Below are positions 1 to 7,370 of a stretch of 46,806 bases of DNA, one piece after another. The notes beneath the pieces are model-generated. The model was not told the DNA's origin. It ran no database searches and worked only from the letters and a program-made list of their open reading frames with translations. Numbering within the stretch: position 1 is the stretch's first letter; each line of letters opens with the position of its first letter. The stretch lies in assembly GCA_002067855.1 (NCBI GenBank), contig MVQS01000086.1, positions 1 to 46,806 on the forward strand, written 5' to 3'. The translations under genes were made by a program, and so were the position numbers. The stretch comes from Syntrophaceae bacterium PtaB.Bin038. GTDB lineage: Bacteria; Desulfobacterota; Syntrophia; Syntrophales; UBA2192.

Positions 1-358
1 CGAGCGCCTCCAGGATTTCGTCGTCATCGACTACACGAGGAAAATGGAGATCCTGGCCGTGATGGGCGAGGAGGAAAAGGAGGAAATCGTCGGGGTCGGC
101 CAGTACGAGATCGAGCAGGACAGCCACATGGCGGAGGTCGCCTTCGCTGTCAGCGACGCGCACCAGAACCAGGGCATCGGCCAGGAACTTCTCGGCTACC
201 TGACCTATCTCGCGAGGAGGCAGGGACTCCTGGGATTCACGGCTGAGGTGCTCCTGGAAAACCGCCCGATGCTGCACGTCTTCGAAAAGATGGGCTTCGA
301 CATGGAAAAGCGCGTCGGCGCGGGGGTGTACGAGCTGCGAATGATGTTCAGGGAATAG
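1..358 (+). CDS. GNAT-family N-acetyltransferase domain; 3' end of a gene that begins upstream of the window (looks like the C-terminus of a Pat-like acyl-CoA synthetase/acetyltransferase)
   Basis: The frame is open from the window edge (codons in phase with nt 2) to TAG 356-358. The translation ...VGVGQYEIEQDSHMAEVAFAVSDAHQNQGIGQELLGYLTYLARRQGLLGFTAEVLLENRPMLHVFEKMGF carries the GNAT acetyl-CoA motif (QNQGIG). Confidence 0.7.
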   Translation, partial: ERLQDFVVIDYTRKMEILAVMGEEEKEEIVGVGQYEIEQDSHMAEVAFAVSDAHQNQGIGQELLGYLTYLARRQGLLGFTAEVLLENRPMLHVFEKMGFDMEKRVGAGVYELRMMFRE

Positions 359-534
359 CGGGCGTCTGATCGAAAAGGTTTCGGATGATTTTTCCGGATC
401 CCGGCGCCGGGCTCCCCCTCACCAGCAGAAGGGAAGAAGGTGAGAGGGTGAGAAAGTTGGACAGGCCGGCGGTCAATGCTTGCGGCGGCTCTCCGACCTT
501 CTCACCTTCTGACCCTCTTATCCTCTAATAGATT

Positions 535-1572
535 TCATCCCTCCGGCGAGTGCGCCGCGCCGGCTGACGGGGGAACCGCGGGGGGCGGGGCGGACGGTGC
601 CGCTCCGGGTACTTTCGGCGCTTCCGTTTTCGCCGCCCGATCCGTATCTTTCAGGCGTACGCCTCCGATAAATCGAGCGCTGAAGTAGGCCGAATCGATG
701 TTGTCGACCTTTCCCGCCCGGCTCCTCGAGGACAAATGGAAGAACTCGTTTCCGCCGAGGAAGATTCCCACGTGGATCCGGTACTTTCTCGTCTGGAAGA
801 ACACGAGGTCGCCCGTCTCGAGGCCGTCCCGACCGACACGGGTGCCGCACTGCAGTTGCTCCCTGGCCGTCCGGGGCAGCTCGACCCTGAAGATGCCGTA
901 GACCTTCCGGGTGAACGCCGAGCAATCGATCCCCCGCATCGAGTTGCCGCCAAGCCGGTAGGGGACCCCTTCGTAGGATTTCACCACCCTGACAAAGAGC
1001 TCCCGCTCAGCCGGGTCGCTCCAGCGGGACGGGGCCACCGGGACTCCGGGACGCGTACTCCCCTGTTCCTCTTCCAGGAAGACCAGATCGTCCGTTTCGA
1101 CGGATCCGGCCTCTTCGAGTTCGTCCTCTTCCTCCGGCGCCCTGACGCCGGGTTTTGCCAGAACCAGGCGCTGCCCTGGTTTTAGCCTGGACGATTTCAA
1201 CCCGTTGAGCCGCTTGATCTCCGAAACGGAGATCCCCGTTTTTTCCGATACAGCGGCCAGCGTTTCTCCTCGTTTCACCACGTGCACCGGAGCATCGGCG
1301 CCGTTTTCCTCTTTCGAAGCTGCCGGTCCAGGGACCTTCCTCTGCGATGTTCCGGCAGGGATGAGGAGGCTCTGGTTTACGTTCAGGGCATCGCCCTCGA
1401 GCCCGTTGGCCCTCCGGATGGACTCGGGGCTGACGCGGAACTTCTTTGCGATCCTGTAGAGACTGTCGCCCGCCTTGACGCGGTAGTGCTCGGCCGCCGC
1501 GGGGGAGCCCAGCAGGACGCAGAGACCCAGACCGAGCAGGAAACCCTGGAAGCCGATCTGTCGTCTTCTCAT
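535..1572 (-). CDS. secreted peptidoglycan hydrolase: two LysM domains plus a C-terminal NlpC/P60 cysteine peptidase domain
   Basis: ORF 535..1629. I moved the start to ATG 1572 (MRRRQIGF...) because a GGAGGAGAAAG SD lies just upstream and a signal-peptide-like LLGLGLCVLLGSPAAA follows. LysM repeats are YRVKAGDSLYRIAKKF... and HVVKRGETLAAVSEKTGIS.... The NlpC/P60 core is GIDCSAFTRKVY...HVGIFLG. Confidence 0.85.
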   Translation of the reverse strand: MRRRQIGFQGFLLGLGLCVLLGSPAAAEHYRVKAGDSLYRIAKKFRVSPESIRRANGLEGDALNVNQSLLIPAGTSQRKVPGPAASKEENGADAPVHVVKRGETLAAVSEKTGISVSEIKRLNGLKSSRLKPGQRLVLAKPGVRAPEEEDELEEAGSVETDDLVFLEEEQGSTRPGVPVAPSRWSDPAERELFVRVVKSYEGVPYRLGGNSMRGIDCSAFTRKVYGIFRVELPRTAREQLQCGTRVGRDGLETGDLVFFQTRKYRIHVGIFLGGNEFFHLSSRSRAGKVDNIDSAYFSARFIGGVRLKDTDRAAKTEAPKVPGAAPSAPPPAVPPSAGAAHSPEG

Positions 1573-1818
1573 TCGTTTCTTTCTCCTCCCTCGCGGCCCG
1601 GGGATAAGGGCCGCCGGCGGGTCCCGCACGATTCCTCCGACGAGAAGAACTGCAAGCGCGAAGGCGCCAATCTACAGGCAGGCCCCTCCCTTGAACCGAA
1701 CGGCGGATGCGGCGCCGCCGTCATCCGAGCGGATCCCCTCGCGAGACGGCCATCAAAAGCCCCTCACGCTACACAGCCGTGAACGGGCTGTCAACCGTTT
1801 CCTCCGGGCCCACCCGCT

Positions 1819-1899
1819 CTACGACTTTTTTCCCTTGATGATGAAATAGATGGCGGCAACGACGATGATCCCGATCAGGATGTACATGGCAAACGACAT
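1819..1899 (-). CDS. 26-aa hydrophobic single-TM peptide (MSFAMYILIGIIVVAAIYFIIKGKKS), absent from the ORF track because it is under 60 aa
   Basis: ATG 1899, TAG 1819-1821. The SD GGGGAGGGGG lies about 6-7 nt upstream of the ATG. A TATAGT -10-like hexamer lies about 33 nt upstream on the same strand. The peptide has a hydrophobic core followed by a KGKK anchor. Confidence 0.4.
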   Translation of the reverse strand: MSFAMYILIGIIVVAAIYFIIKGKKS

Positions 1900-1987
1900 G
1901 GCAGTCCCCCTCCCCGTGGATTTTGACCTACTATAACAGAAAACCGCAAAATGGAAATCCCCGAACCGCATCCGGTTCAAGATCGTC

Positions 1988-2017
1988 TTGCCAGGGCAGG
2001 CCGTTTCGTTCTATAGT
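1988..2017 (+). promoter_or_regulatory. sigma70-like promoter for the acyl-CoA dehydrogenase gene (TTGCCA-N18-TATAGT)
   Basis: TTGCCA at 1988-1993 and TATAGT at 2012-2017, 64 nt upstream of ATG 2082, which has an AGGAAGGAGG SD. Confidence 0.35.
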
Positions 2018-2081
2018 CAGCGCATCCCGCCGAACCGCTCATGAGCCATAACCGCTGAACGACCCAGGAAGGAGGTTTCCG

Positions 2082-3410
2082 ATGCTGAACTTCTCGCTCA
2101 CCCCGGAACAGATCGAACTCAGAGACAGGTCCCGTCGTTTCGCCCTCGAAGAGGTCCTTCCCATCGCCTGGCATTACGACGAGAAGGACGAACTTCCTCT
2201 GTACATCTTGCGGAGGGCCTGGGAAGAGGGGATCATGAATCTCACCCTTCCCCGGAAATACGGAGGCCGGGGATGGGGACTCCTCGAATGCGCCCTGGTG
2301 GTCGAGGAGATCTCGGCGGCCTGCGCCGGGCTTGCCACGTCGATCTTCGACAACTCGCTGGGCGCGGAGCCGCTCATGCTGACAAGAAACGGAAAGGTCC
2401 GGGAGAAGTACCTGCCCATCCTGGCGAAGGAATTCAAGCTCATCTGCTTTGCCACGTCGGAGCCCCTGGCAGGGTCGGACGTGGCGGGCATGCGCTGCAA
2501 GGCGGAAAAGGCGGGCGACGATTACATCCTCAACGGAACCAAGTACTGGGTGACCAACTCGGGGGTGGCCGATTACTTCTCCATCTTCGCAACGATCGAC
2601 GCCTCTCAGGGGCACAAGGGGATCGCGGCCTTCCTCGTCGAGAAGGGCCAGGACGGCGTCACGGTGGGCCGGACGATCCCGAAAACGGGCCAGCGCAGCT
2701 CCAACACGGCGGGCGTCCACTTCACGAATGTGCGGGTTCCCGCGGAAAACGTCCTGGCGCAGCCCGGCGAGGGGTTCGTGATGGCCATGACCACCTTCGC
2801 CCGGACGCGGCCGATCATCGGCTCTTTCGGGGTCGGCGCGGCGCGCACGGCCATGGAGCTGGCCATCGACTACGCGAAGAAGCGCCGCGCCTTCGGCGCC
2901 CGCCTGTCGGACTTCCAGGCCATCGACTTCAAGATCGCCGAGATGTACCAGAAGGTGGAGACGGCACGGCTGCTGACCTGGAAGGCAGCGTGGGAAAACG
3001 ACTCGGGGATGGACCCCACCATCTCGGCCTCCATCGCCAAGTTCTACGCCACCGAGGTCGCCTTCGAGGTGGTCAGCGAGGCCCTTCAGATCTTCGGGGG
3101 ATACGGGTACACACGCCTCTTCCCGCTGGAGAAGCTGCTGCGCGACATGCGGCTGCCGATGATCTACGAGGGGACGAGCGAGATCCAGCGGGTGGTCGTC
3201 TCCCGGTACATGCTCGAGGGCTACAAGCCCGTGATGCCTCCCGTCGAGGACTTCCCGCTGCTTGCGAAGCACGACGTGCACCTCGAAAAAGACACCGTCG
3301 CATGGCGCTGCCGGATCTGCGGGCACACGCACTACGGACCGGAACCTCCCGAGGAATGCCCGCATTGTTTCTTCCCGAAAGCGGCCTTCAGGAAGGTCTG
3401 GCCCCGCTGA
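2082..3410 (+). CDS. acyl-CoA dehydrogenase (short/medium-chain type) with a C-terminal rubredoxin-like Cys4 domain
   Basis: 442 aa with the SD AGGAAGGAGG upstream. The ACAD hallmarks run throughout, including the catalytic-base context IYEGTSEIQRVVVSR. The C-terminal ~60 aa contain WRCRICGHTHYG...PEECPHCFFPK, i.e. two CxxC pairs. Confidence 0.9.
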   Translation: MLNFSLTPEQIELRDRSRRFALEEVLPIAWHYDEKDELPLYILRRAWEEGIMNLTLPRKYGGRGWGLLECALVVEEISAACAGLATSIFDNSLGAEPLMLTRNGKVREKYLPILAKEFKLICFATSEPLAGSDVAGMRCKAEKAGDDYILNGTKYWVTNSGVADYFSIFATIDASQGHKGIAAFLVEKGQDGVTVGRTIPKTGQRSSNTAGVHFTNVRVPAENVLAQPGEGFVMAMTTFARTRPIIGSFGVGAARTAMELAIDYAKKRRAFGARLSDFQAIDFKIAEMYQKVETARLLTWKAAWENDSGMDPTISASIAKFYATEVAFEVVSEALQIFGGYGYTRLFPLEKLLRDMRLPMIYEGTSEIQRVVVSRYMLEGYKPVMPPVEDFPLLAKHDVHLEKDTVAWRCRICGHTHYGPEPPEECPHCFFPKAAFRKVWPR

Positions 3411-3423
3411 CAGGATGAAACTC

Positions 3424-3488
3424 AAAGGGTAAAGGCGAAAGGGTCAGATGTCTGGCTGTTCCCTTTGGCCTTTTTCCTTTATCCTTAA
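3424..3488 (+). repeat. imperfect inverted repeat made of heptads (AAAGGGT AAAGGCG AAAGGGT / CCCTTTG GCCTTTT TCCTTTA TCCTTAA) just 3' of the ACAD gene; possible terminator-like hairpin
   Basis: The left arm 3424-3443 and right arm 3461-3480 are about 17/20 complementary, with a 17-nt loop. The structure lies in the convergent gap between the CDS ending at 3410 and the CDS ending at 3499. Confidence 0.5.
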
Positions 3489-3498
3489 GACCTGCTCA

Positions 3499-3792
3499 TC
3501 ACTTTTCTTGAATGTCCCTGCTGCGCACGTAGCGCACGATGGGCGGGTCCCCCGTGAAATCGCCGCTGACCCTGACCGCGTCGACGACACGGATTTTGCC
3601 TTTCACCACCTCGTAGAGAACCACGCTGTAGTTGTCCGGCCCCCTGTCGCGCACGACCACGAAGGAGTTCCTGTCCAGCACGGCCACGCTCCCCCCGGTC
3701 GGGTCCGGCAGCTTCCGTTCCTGTGCGCATGCGGTCCCGAAAAACGCGGACACGAGGAGAACCGCCGATGTCCAGATGACAAATCTCTTCAT
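3499..3792 (-). CDS. small secreted protein of unknown function
   Basis: ORF 3499..3819. I moved the start to ATG 3792 (MKRFVIWTSAVLLVSAFFGTACA|QE...) because an AAGGAGGA SD precedes it and the N-terminus is a clear signal peptide. Confidence 0.6.
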   Translation of the reverse strand: MKRFVIWTSAVLLVSAFFGTACAQERKLPDPTGGSVAVLDRNSFVVVRDRGPDNYSVVLYEVVKGKIRVVDAVRVSGDFTGDPPIVRYVRSRDIQEK

Positions 3793-3927
3793 CCCGTTCC
3801 TCCTTTCTGAACAAATCATGCCCCCTTATAACACAAACCCCGTCACTCACGGAGGGAATCGCCCGGCCTGCCCTCTTCCTCCGATGCCTGATACCTGTCT
3901 TCTTTTCCTTGCGCCTTAAGCCCAATG

Positions 3928-3944
3928 CCTTACGCCTGTCTTTT
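3928..3944. repeat. left arm of a perfect 17-bp inverted repeat (CCTTACGCCTGTCTTTT); its partner is at 4527-4543
   Basis: It is the exact reverse complement of 4527-4543. The flanks (3897-3927 versus 4544-4577) share further partial complementarity, e.g. CTTCTTTTCCTTG versus CAAGGAAGAAAAGAAG. Confidence 0.85.
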
Positions 3945-3995
3945 CTGTCATTCCTTCCTTACGCCTTACGCCTAATGCATTCCTTTTCCATATTT

Positions 3996-4023
3996 CGTTC
4001 ACCCGGGTTGAACGTTCCGTTCA
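3996..4023. promoter_or_regulatory. palindrome CGTTCA-N7-TGAACG followed by a third CGTTCA half-site; candidate enhancer-binding-protein (UAS) site
   Basis: CGTTCACCCGGGTTGAACG at 3996-4014 and CGTTCA again at 4018-4023. This lies about 120-140 nt upstream of the sigma54-like element at 4134. Confidence 0.3.
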
Positions 4024-4133
4024 AATCAGGGCCCTTCTCAGGGGATTGGAGAGCATGCGGCAACCGGGCCGGATTCGTTATATTCTATTTGATGTCGGCA
4101 TGTTGCAGATTATCTTTCCCTTTCCTCCCGTCC

Positions 4134-4148
4134 TGGCACGCTCTTTTC
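4134..4148 (+). promoter_or_regulatory. sigma54-like -24/-12 element (TGGCACG-N4-TTTC; the -12 is imperfect versus TTGC)
   Basis: CTGGCACGCTCTTTTCT lies about 105 nt upstream of ATG 4254. The -24 GG and its spacing fit the consensus. The -12 has TC instead of GC. Confidence 0.3.
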
Positions 4149-4253
4149 TATAGAGAGGGACAAGGCACGAGGCAAGAGGCGTCAGACAAGATAAGAAGAT
4201 CCCATTTCCTTAAGACCTCAGCCCTGGCCAAAACAAAACTGGAGGACCTCACC

Positions 4254-4526
4254 ATGAGAAAGACGCTTTCCACCCTGATCCTTTCCACCGTCGTCATCCT
4301 GATCACCGCCGGTTTCGCCTTCGCCGAGTACGCCGCCGCGGGCGCGGGCAACTTCCCCTACTTCCACCTGGGCGCCCTGATAGTGGGCGGCATGACGATC
4401 GTCTCCCTCAAGCAGAAGTACGAGAAACTCTACCTCAGCGAGGCGGTGGGCAGCTTCGCGATGTACGCGGTGCTGGTGGCCCTGTTCACGAGTCCCGTGG
4501 CCGAGGCGATCAAGAATCTGATGTAG
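4254..4526 (+). CDS. small membrane/secreted protein, unknown function (90 aa)
   Basis: ORF 3909..4526. I moved the start to ATG 4254 (MRKTLSTLILSTVVILITAGFAFA...) because a GGAGGA SD lies 7 nt upstream. The protein has a signal/TM segment plus two more hydrophobic helices. The upstream part of the ORF is low-GC3 and runs through the repeat and promoter DNA. Confidence 0.6.
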   Translation: MRKTLSTLILSTVVILITAGFAFAEYAAAGAGNFPYFHLGALIVGGMTIVSLKQKYEKLYLSEAVGSFAMYAVLVALFTSPVAEAIKNLM

Positions 4527-4543
4527 AAAAGACAGGCGTAAGG
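4527..4543. repeat. right arm of the perfect 17-bp inverted repeat (AAAAGACAGGCGTAAGG)
   Basis: It starts immediately after stop codon 4524-4526 and is the reverse complement of 3928-3944. Confidence 0.85.
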
Positions 4544-4624
4544 CTCAAGGAAGAAAAGAAGCAGACGTAAGGCGAGGAGCAATCCGGGCAGATACCCCAG
4601 AGCGAATCAGAGGAGGCAGGAGTC

Positions 4625-4873
4625 ATGGCAGCGCAGGTGAAGACAAGGCCGCGGCAGATCGATTTCTCGCACGTACTGGTCATCGGCTCATGGGGGTTTG
4701 CCATCGTGATCGCCTCGATGTTGGCCCTGTACATGGGCTACCTGCTCGACGAGATGCTCCACACACCGCCGACATTCATGCTGGGGTTGTTCTTCCTGGC
4801 GCTGTTGCTCTGCATCGGCAGGCTCTACAAGGACGCCTGGGACCGGGTCCCGAAGAGAAAGGTTCGGGGCTGA
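4625..4873 (+). CDS. small two-TM membrane protein resembling the AtpZ/AtpI-like 'ATPase_gene1' family
   Basis: 82 aa with the SD GAGGAGG upstream. The pattern GSWGFAIVIASMLALYMGYLLDEMLHTPPTFMLGLFFLALLLCIGRLYK resembles that family. No ATP synthase genes lie nearby. Confidence 0.5.
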   Translation: MAAQVKTRPRQIDFSHVLVIGSWGFAIVIASMLALYMGYLLDEMLHTPPTFMLGLFFLALLLCIGRLYKDAWDRVPKRKVRG

Positions 4874-4970
4874 AGGACCGAGGATCGAGGAAGAAGCAGA
4901 AAACGAAAGAAACGAAATCCACGACGAACGAAACAAACAAATAGACCGCGGAGAGTCCTCCAAGAATGGA

Positions 4971-5010
4971 AAAACCCGCCCGGATTCGACCCCGGCGGGT
5001 TTTTCTTTCT
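4971..5010 (+). terminator. Rho-independent terminator, probably bidirectional
   Basis: The stem is ACCCGCCCGG (4974-4983) / CCCGGCGGGT (4991-5000) with one mismatch and a 7-nt loop. AAAAA precedes it and TTTTCTTTCT follows. It lies between the convergent genes ending at 4873 (+) and 5067 (-). Confidence 0.7.
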
Positions 5011-5066
5011 CTTGATCCTGAATCCAGATGCCTGGCGCCTGGAGCCGGGTGGCGCGTGCGCCGCCT

Positions 5067-5783
5067 TTAAAGGATCTCCATGATCACCTTTCCGACGCCT
5101 TTCTCCACCATGGATAGTTTTTTGGCGATGCCGTACGACAGGTCCACGTCACGCCCGTCGATCAAGGGCCCCCGGTCCGTGACAACCGCCCGCACAATCT
5201 GACCCGTCTCGGGGTTGGTCAATTCCACCCGGGTCCCGAAAGGAAGGGTCCTGTGGGCGATCGTATTTGCATACATGTTATAAGTTTTCCCGTTGGCCAT
5301 CGGCCTGCCGTGGTATTCCTTGCCGTACCAGCTGGCTACAACCTCTGACCGCTCGCCCGGCTCCGGGCTCGCCGACTCCCCGGCCTCGCCCATTTTCAGT
5401 CGTACCTTCTGCCCCGGGTGAATCCTGTCGGGGTTCGAGATACCGTTTTCGCGCGCGATCTGCTCGGCCGTCGAGCCGGGATATCTCCTCGCAAGACCCC
5501 ATAAGGTGTCCCCCTCCCTGACGGTGTATTCCCGGTAACCGCTCTGAACTTCGGAACCGGCCGAACGGACCGCGGTTTCTCGAGCCGCCCGCTTTTCCTC
5601 GAGCACCGTCCGGAAGGACGCGCTTCCCTTGACAACGGCCCCGGCCTTGACGACCCATTGCCCCGTCTTGCGGGAACGGCCGACCGCGGCAGGGTTCAGG
5701 GTTCTGAACTCATCCCAGGTCAACCCCAGAGCCTTTGTGACCCGGTCGATCGTATCCCCTCTCTGAATCCTGTACGTATTCAC
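5067..5783 (-). CDS. rlpA: RlpA-like septal lytic transglycosylase (DPBB domain) with two LysM domains
   Basis: The C-terminus ASWYGKEYHGRPMANGKTYNMYANTIAHRTLPFGTRVELTN...VVTDRGP is the RlpA double-psi beta-barrel. LysM repeats are YRIQRGDTIDRV... and YTVREGDTLWGLARRY.... I chose GTG 5783 as the start because of a GGGGAGG SD 5 nt upstream. The ORF-track ATG at 5903 is the alternative. Confidence 0.8.
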   Translation of the reverse strand: MNTYRIQRGDTIDRVTKALGLTWDEFRTLNPAAVGRSRKTGQWVVKAGAVVKGSASFRTVLEEKRAARETAVRSAGSEVQSGYREYTVREGDTLWGLARRYPGSTAEQIARENGISNPDRIHPGQKVRLKMGEAGESASPEPGERSEVVASWYGKEYHGRPMANGKTYNMYANTIAHRTLPFGTRVELTNPETGQIVRAVVTDRGPLIDGRDVDLSYGIAKKLSMVEKGVGKVIMEIL

Positions 5784-5913
5784 GCAAGCCTCCCCAGGTG
5801 GTAATGTCACGAAATGGAGATGAAAGGAATGCACGTGGTCAAGCAGGATTCGTGCCACGTCGATCCCTGCTGGAAGCCATGAATCGGGATACTCCGTTCT
5901 CATCAGAACGGGC

Positions 5914-5941
5914 TTGACGGAACGCGCCGCGTCTGTAAAAT
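5914..5941 (+). promoter_or_regulatory. sigma70-like promoter (TTGACG-N16-TAAAAT)
   Basis: TTGACG at 5914-5919 and TAAAAT at 5936-5941, in the divergent gap upstream of the zinc-ribbon gene. Confidence 0.45.
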
Positions 5942-5998
5942 AGAAGCCGACGGGAACAACGCAGCAGTCAGAGAGTGCGACGGCTTCTTTTATTAATT
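5942..5998 (+). other. inverted repeat AGAAGCCGaCG-N25-CGaCGGCTTCT followed by TTTTATTAATT; either an operator overlapping the predicted TSS or an attenuator-like hairpin
   Basis: 11-bp arms at 5942-5952 and 5978-5988 with one mismatch, then a T/A-rich run. It sits between the promoter at 5914 and the SD of the gene starting at 6064. Confidence 0.35.
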
Positions 5999-6063
5999 CA
6001 TATCGGTTAGTTAGGTTTCTTCTCTAACATTTTACATGAATTTAGGGAAAGGAGGAATCTGCC

Positions 6064-6228
6064 GTGCCGACCTATGAGTATCGATGTGAGGATTGCAAGA
6101 AGGATTTCACTGTCGTCATGAGCATGGCGGAGCACGACAAGGGAAAGGTCAGCTGCCCCGTCTGTAAGAAGAGAAACGTGAAACAGCAGGTTTCCACATT
6201 CCTGACGAAGACGAGCAGGAAAAGCTGA
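6064..6228 (+). CDS. FmdB-family zinc-ribbon protein (54 aa)
   Basis: GTG 6064 with the SD AAGGAGGA 7 nt upstream. The translation is VPTYEYRCEDCKKDFTVVMSMAEHDKGKVSCPVCKKRNVKQQ.... The PxYEYRCxxC...CPxC signature is typical of the family. The listed 80-aa ORF on the opposite strand (6007..6249) is rejected. Confidence 0.8.
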   Translation: MPTYEYRCEDCKKDFTVVMSMAEHDKGKVSCPVCKKRNVKQQVSTFLTKTSRKS

Positions 6229-6262
6229 CAAACGTTCCCGCAGGGACACGCCGGGCGATCGT

Positions 6263-6820
6263 TCAGATCGCCCCTTTCGGTTCGCGGAGGTAGTCCTCAG
6301 CCAGCAGCAGCGCGAGCGCCGTCTTGCTGTCGACGATCCTGCCGTCGCGGATCATGGTCAGGGCATCCTGAAGGCGGCAGGTCATGGTCTCGATGTCTTC
6401 GTCCTCATCAGGCGGAAGCGGCGATGGGTACAGATCGAGGGCCAGGAAGAAATGCATGAACTCGTTGGCGTACCCCGGGACGAGATAGCCCCCGAAGAGC
6501 CTGATCAGCTTTGCCGCCCGATAACCCGTCTCCTCGGCCAGCTCTCGCTGCACGCAGGCTTCCGGGGATGCATCCCCCTCGTCCATGGTGCCTGCCGGGA
6601 TCTCGATCAGCGAGTCGCCCACCGCGTGCCGGTGCTGGCGGATCAGCAGGATCTTCCCGTCGCCGGTGACCGGCACCACGCCGATGGTGGGACGGTGCTC
6701 GATCCTGCTCTTTCTGCAGGTCCTGCCGCCGGGCAGTTCGAGTTCATCCTCGTAGAGCGTGAAGACGGGCCCCCTGTAGACGAGGGTCGACCTCCCGTTG
6801 CGTGCGTTTCTGCCTCCCAT
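6263..6820 (-). CDS. NUDIX hydrolase (ADP-ribose pyrophosphatase-like)
   Basis: Nudix box GTMDEGDASPEACVQRELAEETGY. The ORF-track start at 6844 is a TTG that overlaps the usp gene. I prefer ATG 6820 (MGGRNARN...), which has a GAGGG SD 7 nt upstream. Confidence 0.85.
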   Translation of the reverse strand: MGGRNARNGRSTLVYRGPVFTLYEDELELPGGRTCRKSRIEHRPTIGVVPVTGDGKILLIRQHRHAVGDSLIEIPAGTMDEGDASPEACVQRELAEETGYRAAKLIRLFGGYLVPGYANEFMHFFLALDLYPSPLPPDEDEDIETMTCRLQDALTMIRDGRIVDSKTALALLLAEDYLREPKGAI

Positions 6821-6830
6821 CGCCGTGCCC

Positions 6831-7277
6831 TCACTTCCTGACAATGAGGACCGGCACCCTCGAGTCGCTCTGCAGGACCCCGAAGGCCACGCTTCCCATC
6901 GCCGACCCGATCCCGCTCTTGCCGTGCGACCCCATCACGAGCAGGTGCGCCTTCGAACGGCGGGCTTCCTTGAGGATCTCCTCGACGGGATGACCCATCC
7001 GGATGACCATTTCCGGCTTCACGCCGCTCTGCTTGCACCGCTTCGCGTCGGTCGCCAGGTATGCGCCGGCAACCCGCATCAGGTAGTCTTCGACGGGCTC
7101 CGCGATCCGTGTCGGCGTCGCCTCGGCGGGCATGGTCCGTCCCACGTAGAGGCGGTTGTCGATCACGCCCACGAGCGTGAGGGTCGCCCCCATCTTCTTC
7201 GCCATTTCGACGGCTGTCTTGAGCGCCCGGCCCGACGTCCGGGACCCGTCCGATGCCACGAGAATCCGCTTGATCAT
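6831..7277 (-). CDS. universal stress protein (UspA family)
   Basis: MIKRILVASDGSRTSGRALKTAVEMAKK...LLVMGSHGKSGIGSAMGSVAFGVLQSDSRVPVLIVRK, with a GGAGG SD upstream. Confidence 0.9.
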   Translation of the reverse strand: MIKRILVASDGSRTSGRALKTAVEMAKKMGATLTLVGVIDNRLYVGRTMPAEATPTRIAEPVEDYLMRVAGAYLATDAKRCKQSGVKPEMVIRMGHPVEEILKEARRSKAHLLVMGSHGKSGIGSAMGSVAFGVLQSDSRVPVLIVRK

Positions 7278-7370
7278 GGTGCCTCCGTTTTTCAGTTGTG
7301 CGTTTTACAAGTGCTTGCCATGCTGCATCGTTTCAAGGTGTCAGATCACAGGCATCAGGTAGCAGGACGA

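Noticed and set aside
1977-3425. 482-aa minus-strand ORF and 381-aa +2-frame ORF overlapping the ACAD gene
   Set aside because: The ACAD frame has the family motifs and an SD. The others are off-frame or antisense reads. The same reasoning applies to 24238..25779 (-) and 24615..25691 (+) over mtaB, 30158..31648 (-) over livJ, 17875..18966 (+) over the spermidine-synthase fusion and 21162..22358 (+) over DUF1015.
3897-4577. Insertion sequence or MITE call for the inverted-repeat-bracketed block, and likewise for 28486..28848
   Set aside because: There is no transposase or integrase, and no obvious target-site duplication. The arms are made of the same heptad words that fill ordinary spacers. 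I reported them as findings rather than annotating them as mobile elements.
6007-6249. 80-aa minus-strand ORF from the track
   Set aside because: It has no SD and an odd composition. The opposite strand encodes a textbook FmdB zinc-ribbon protein with an AAGGAGGA SD.
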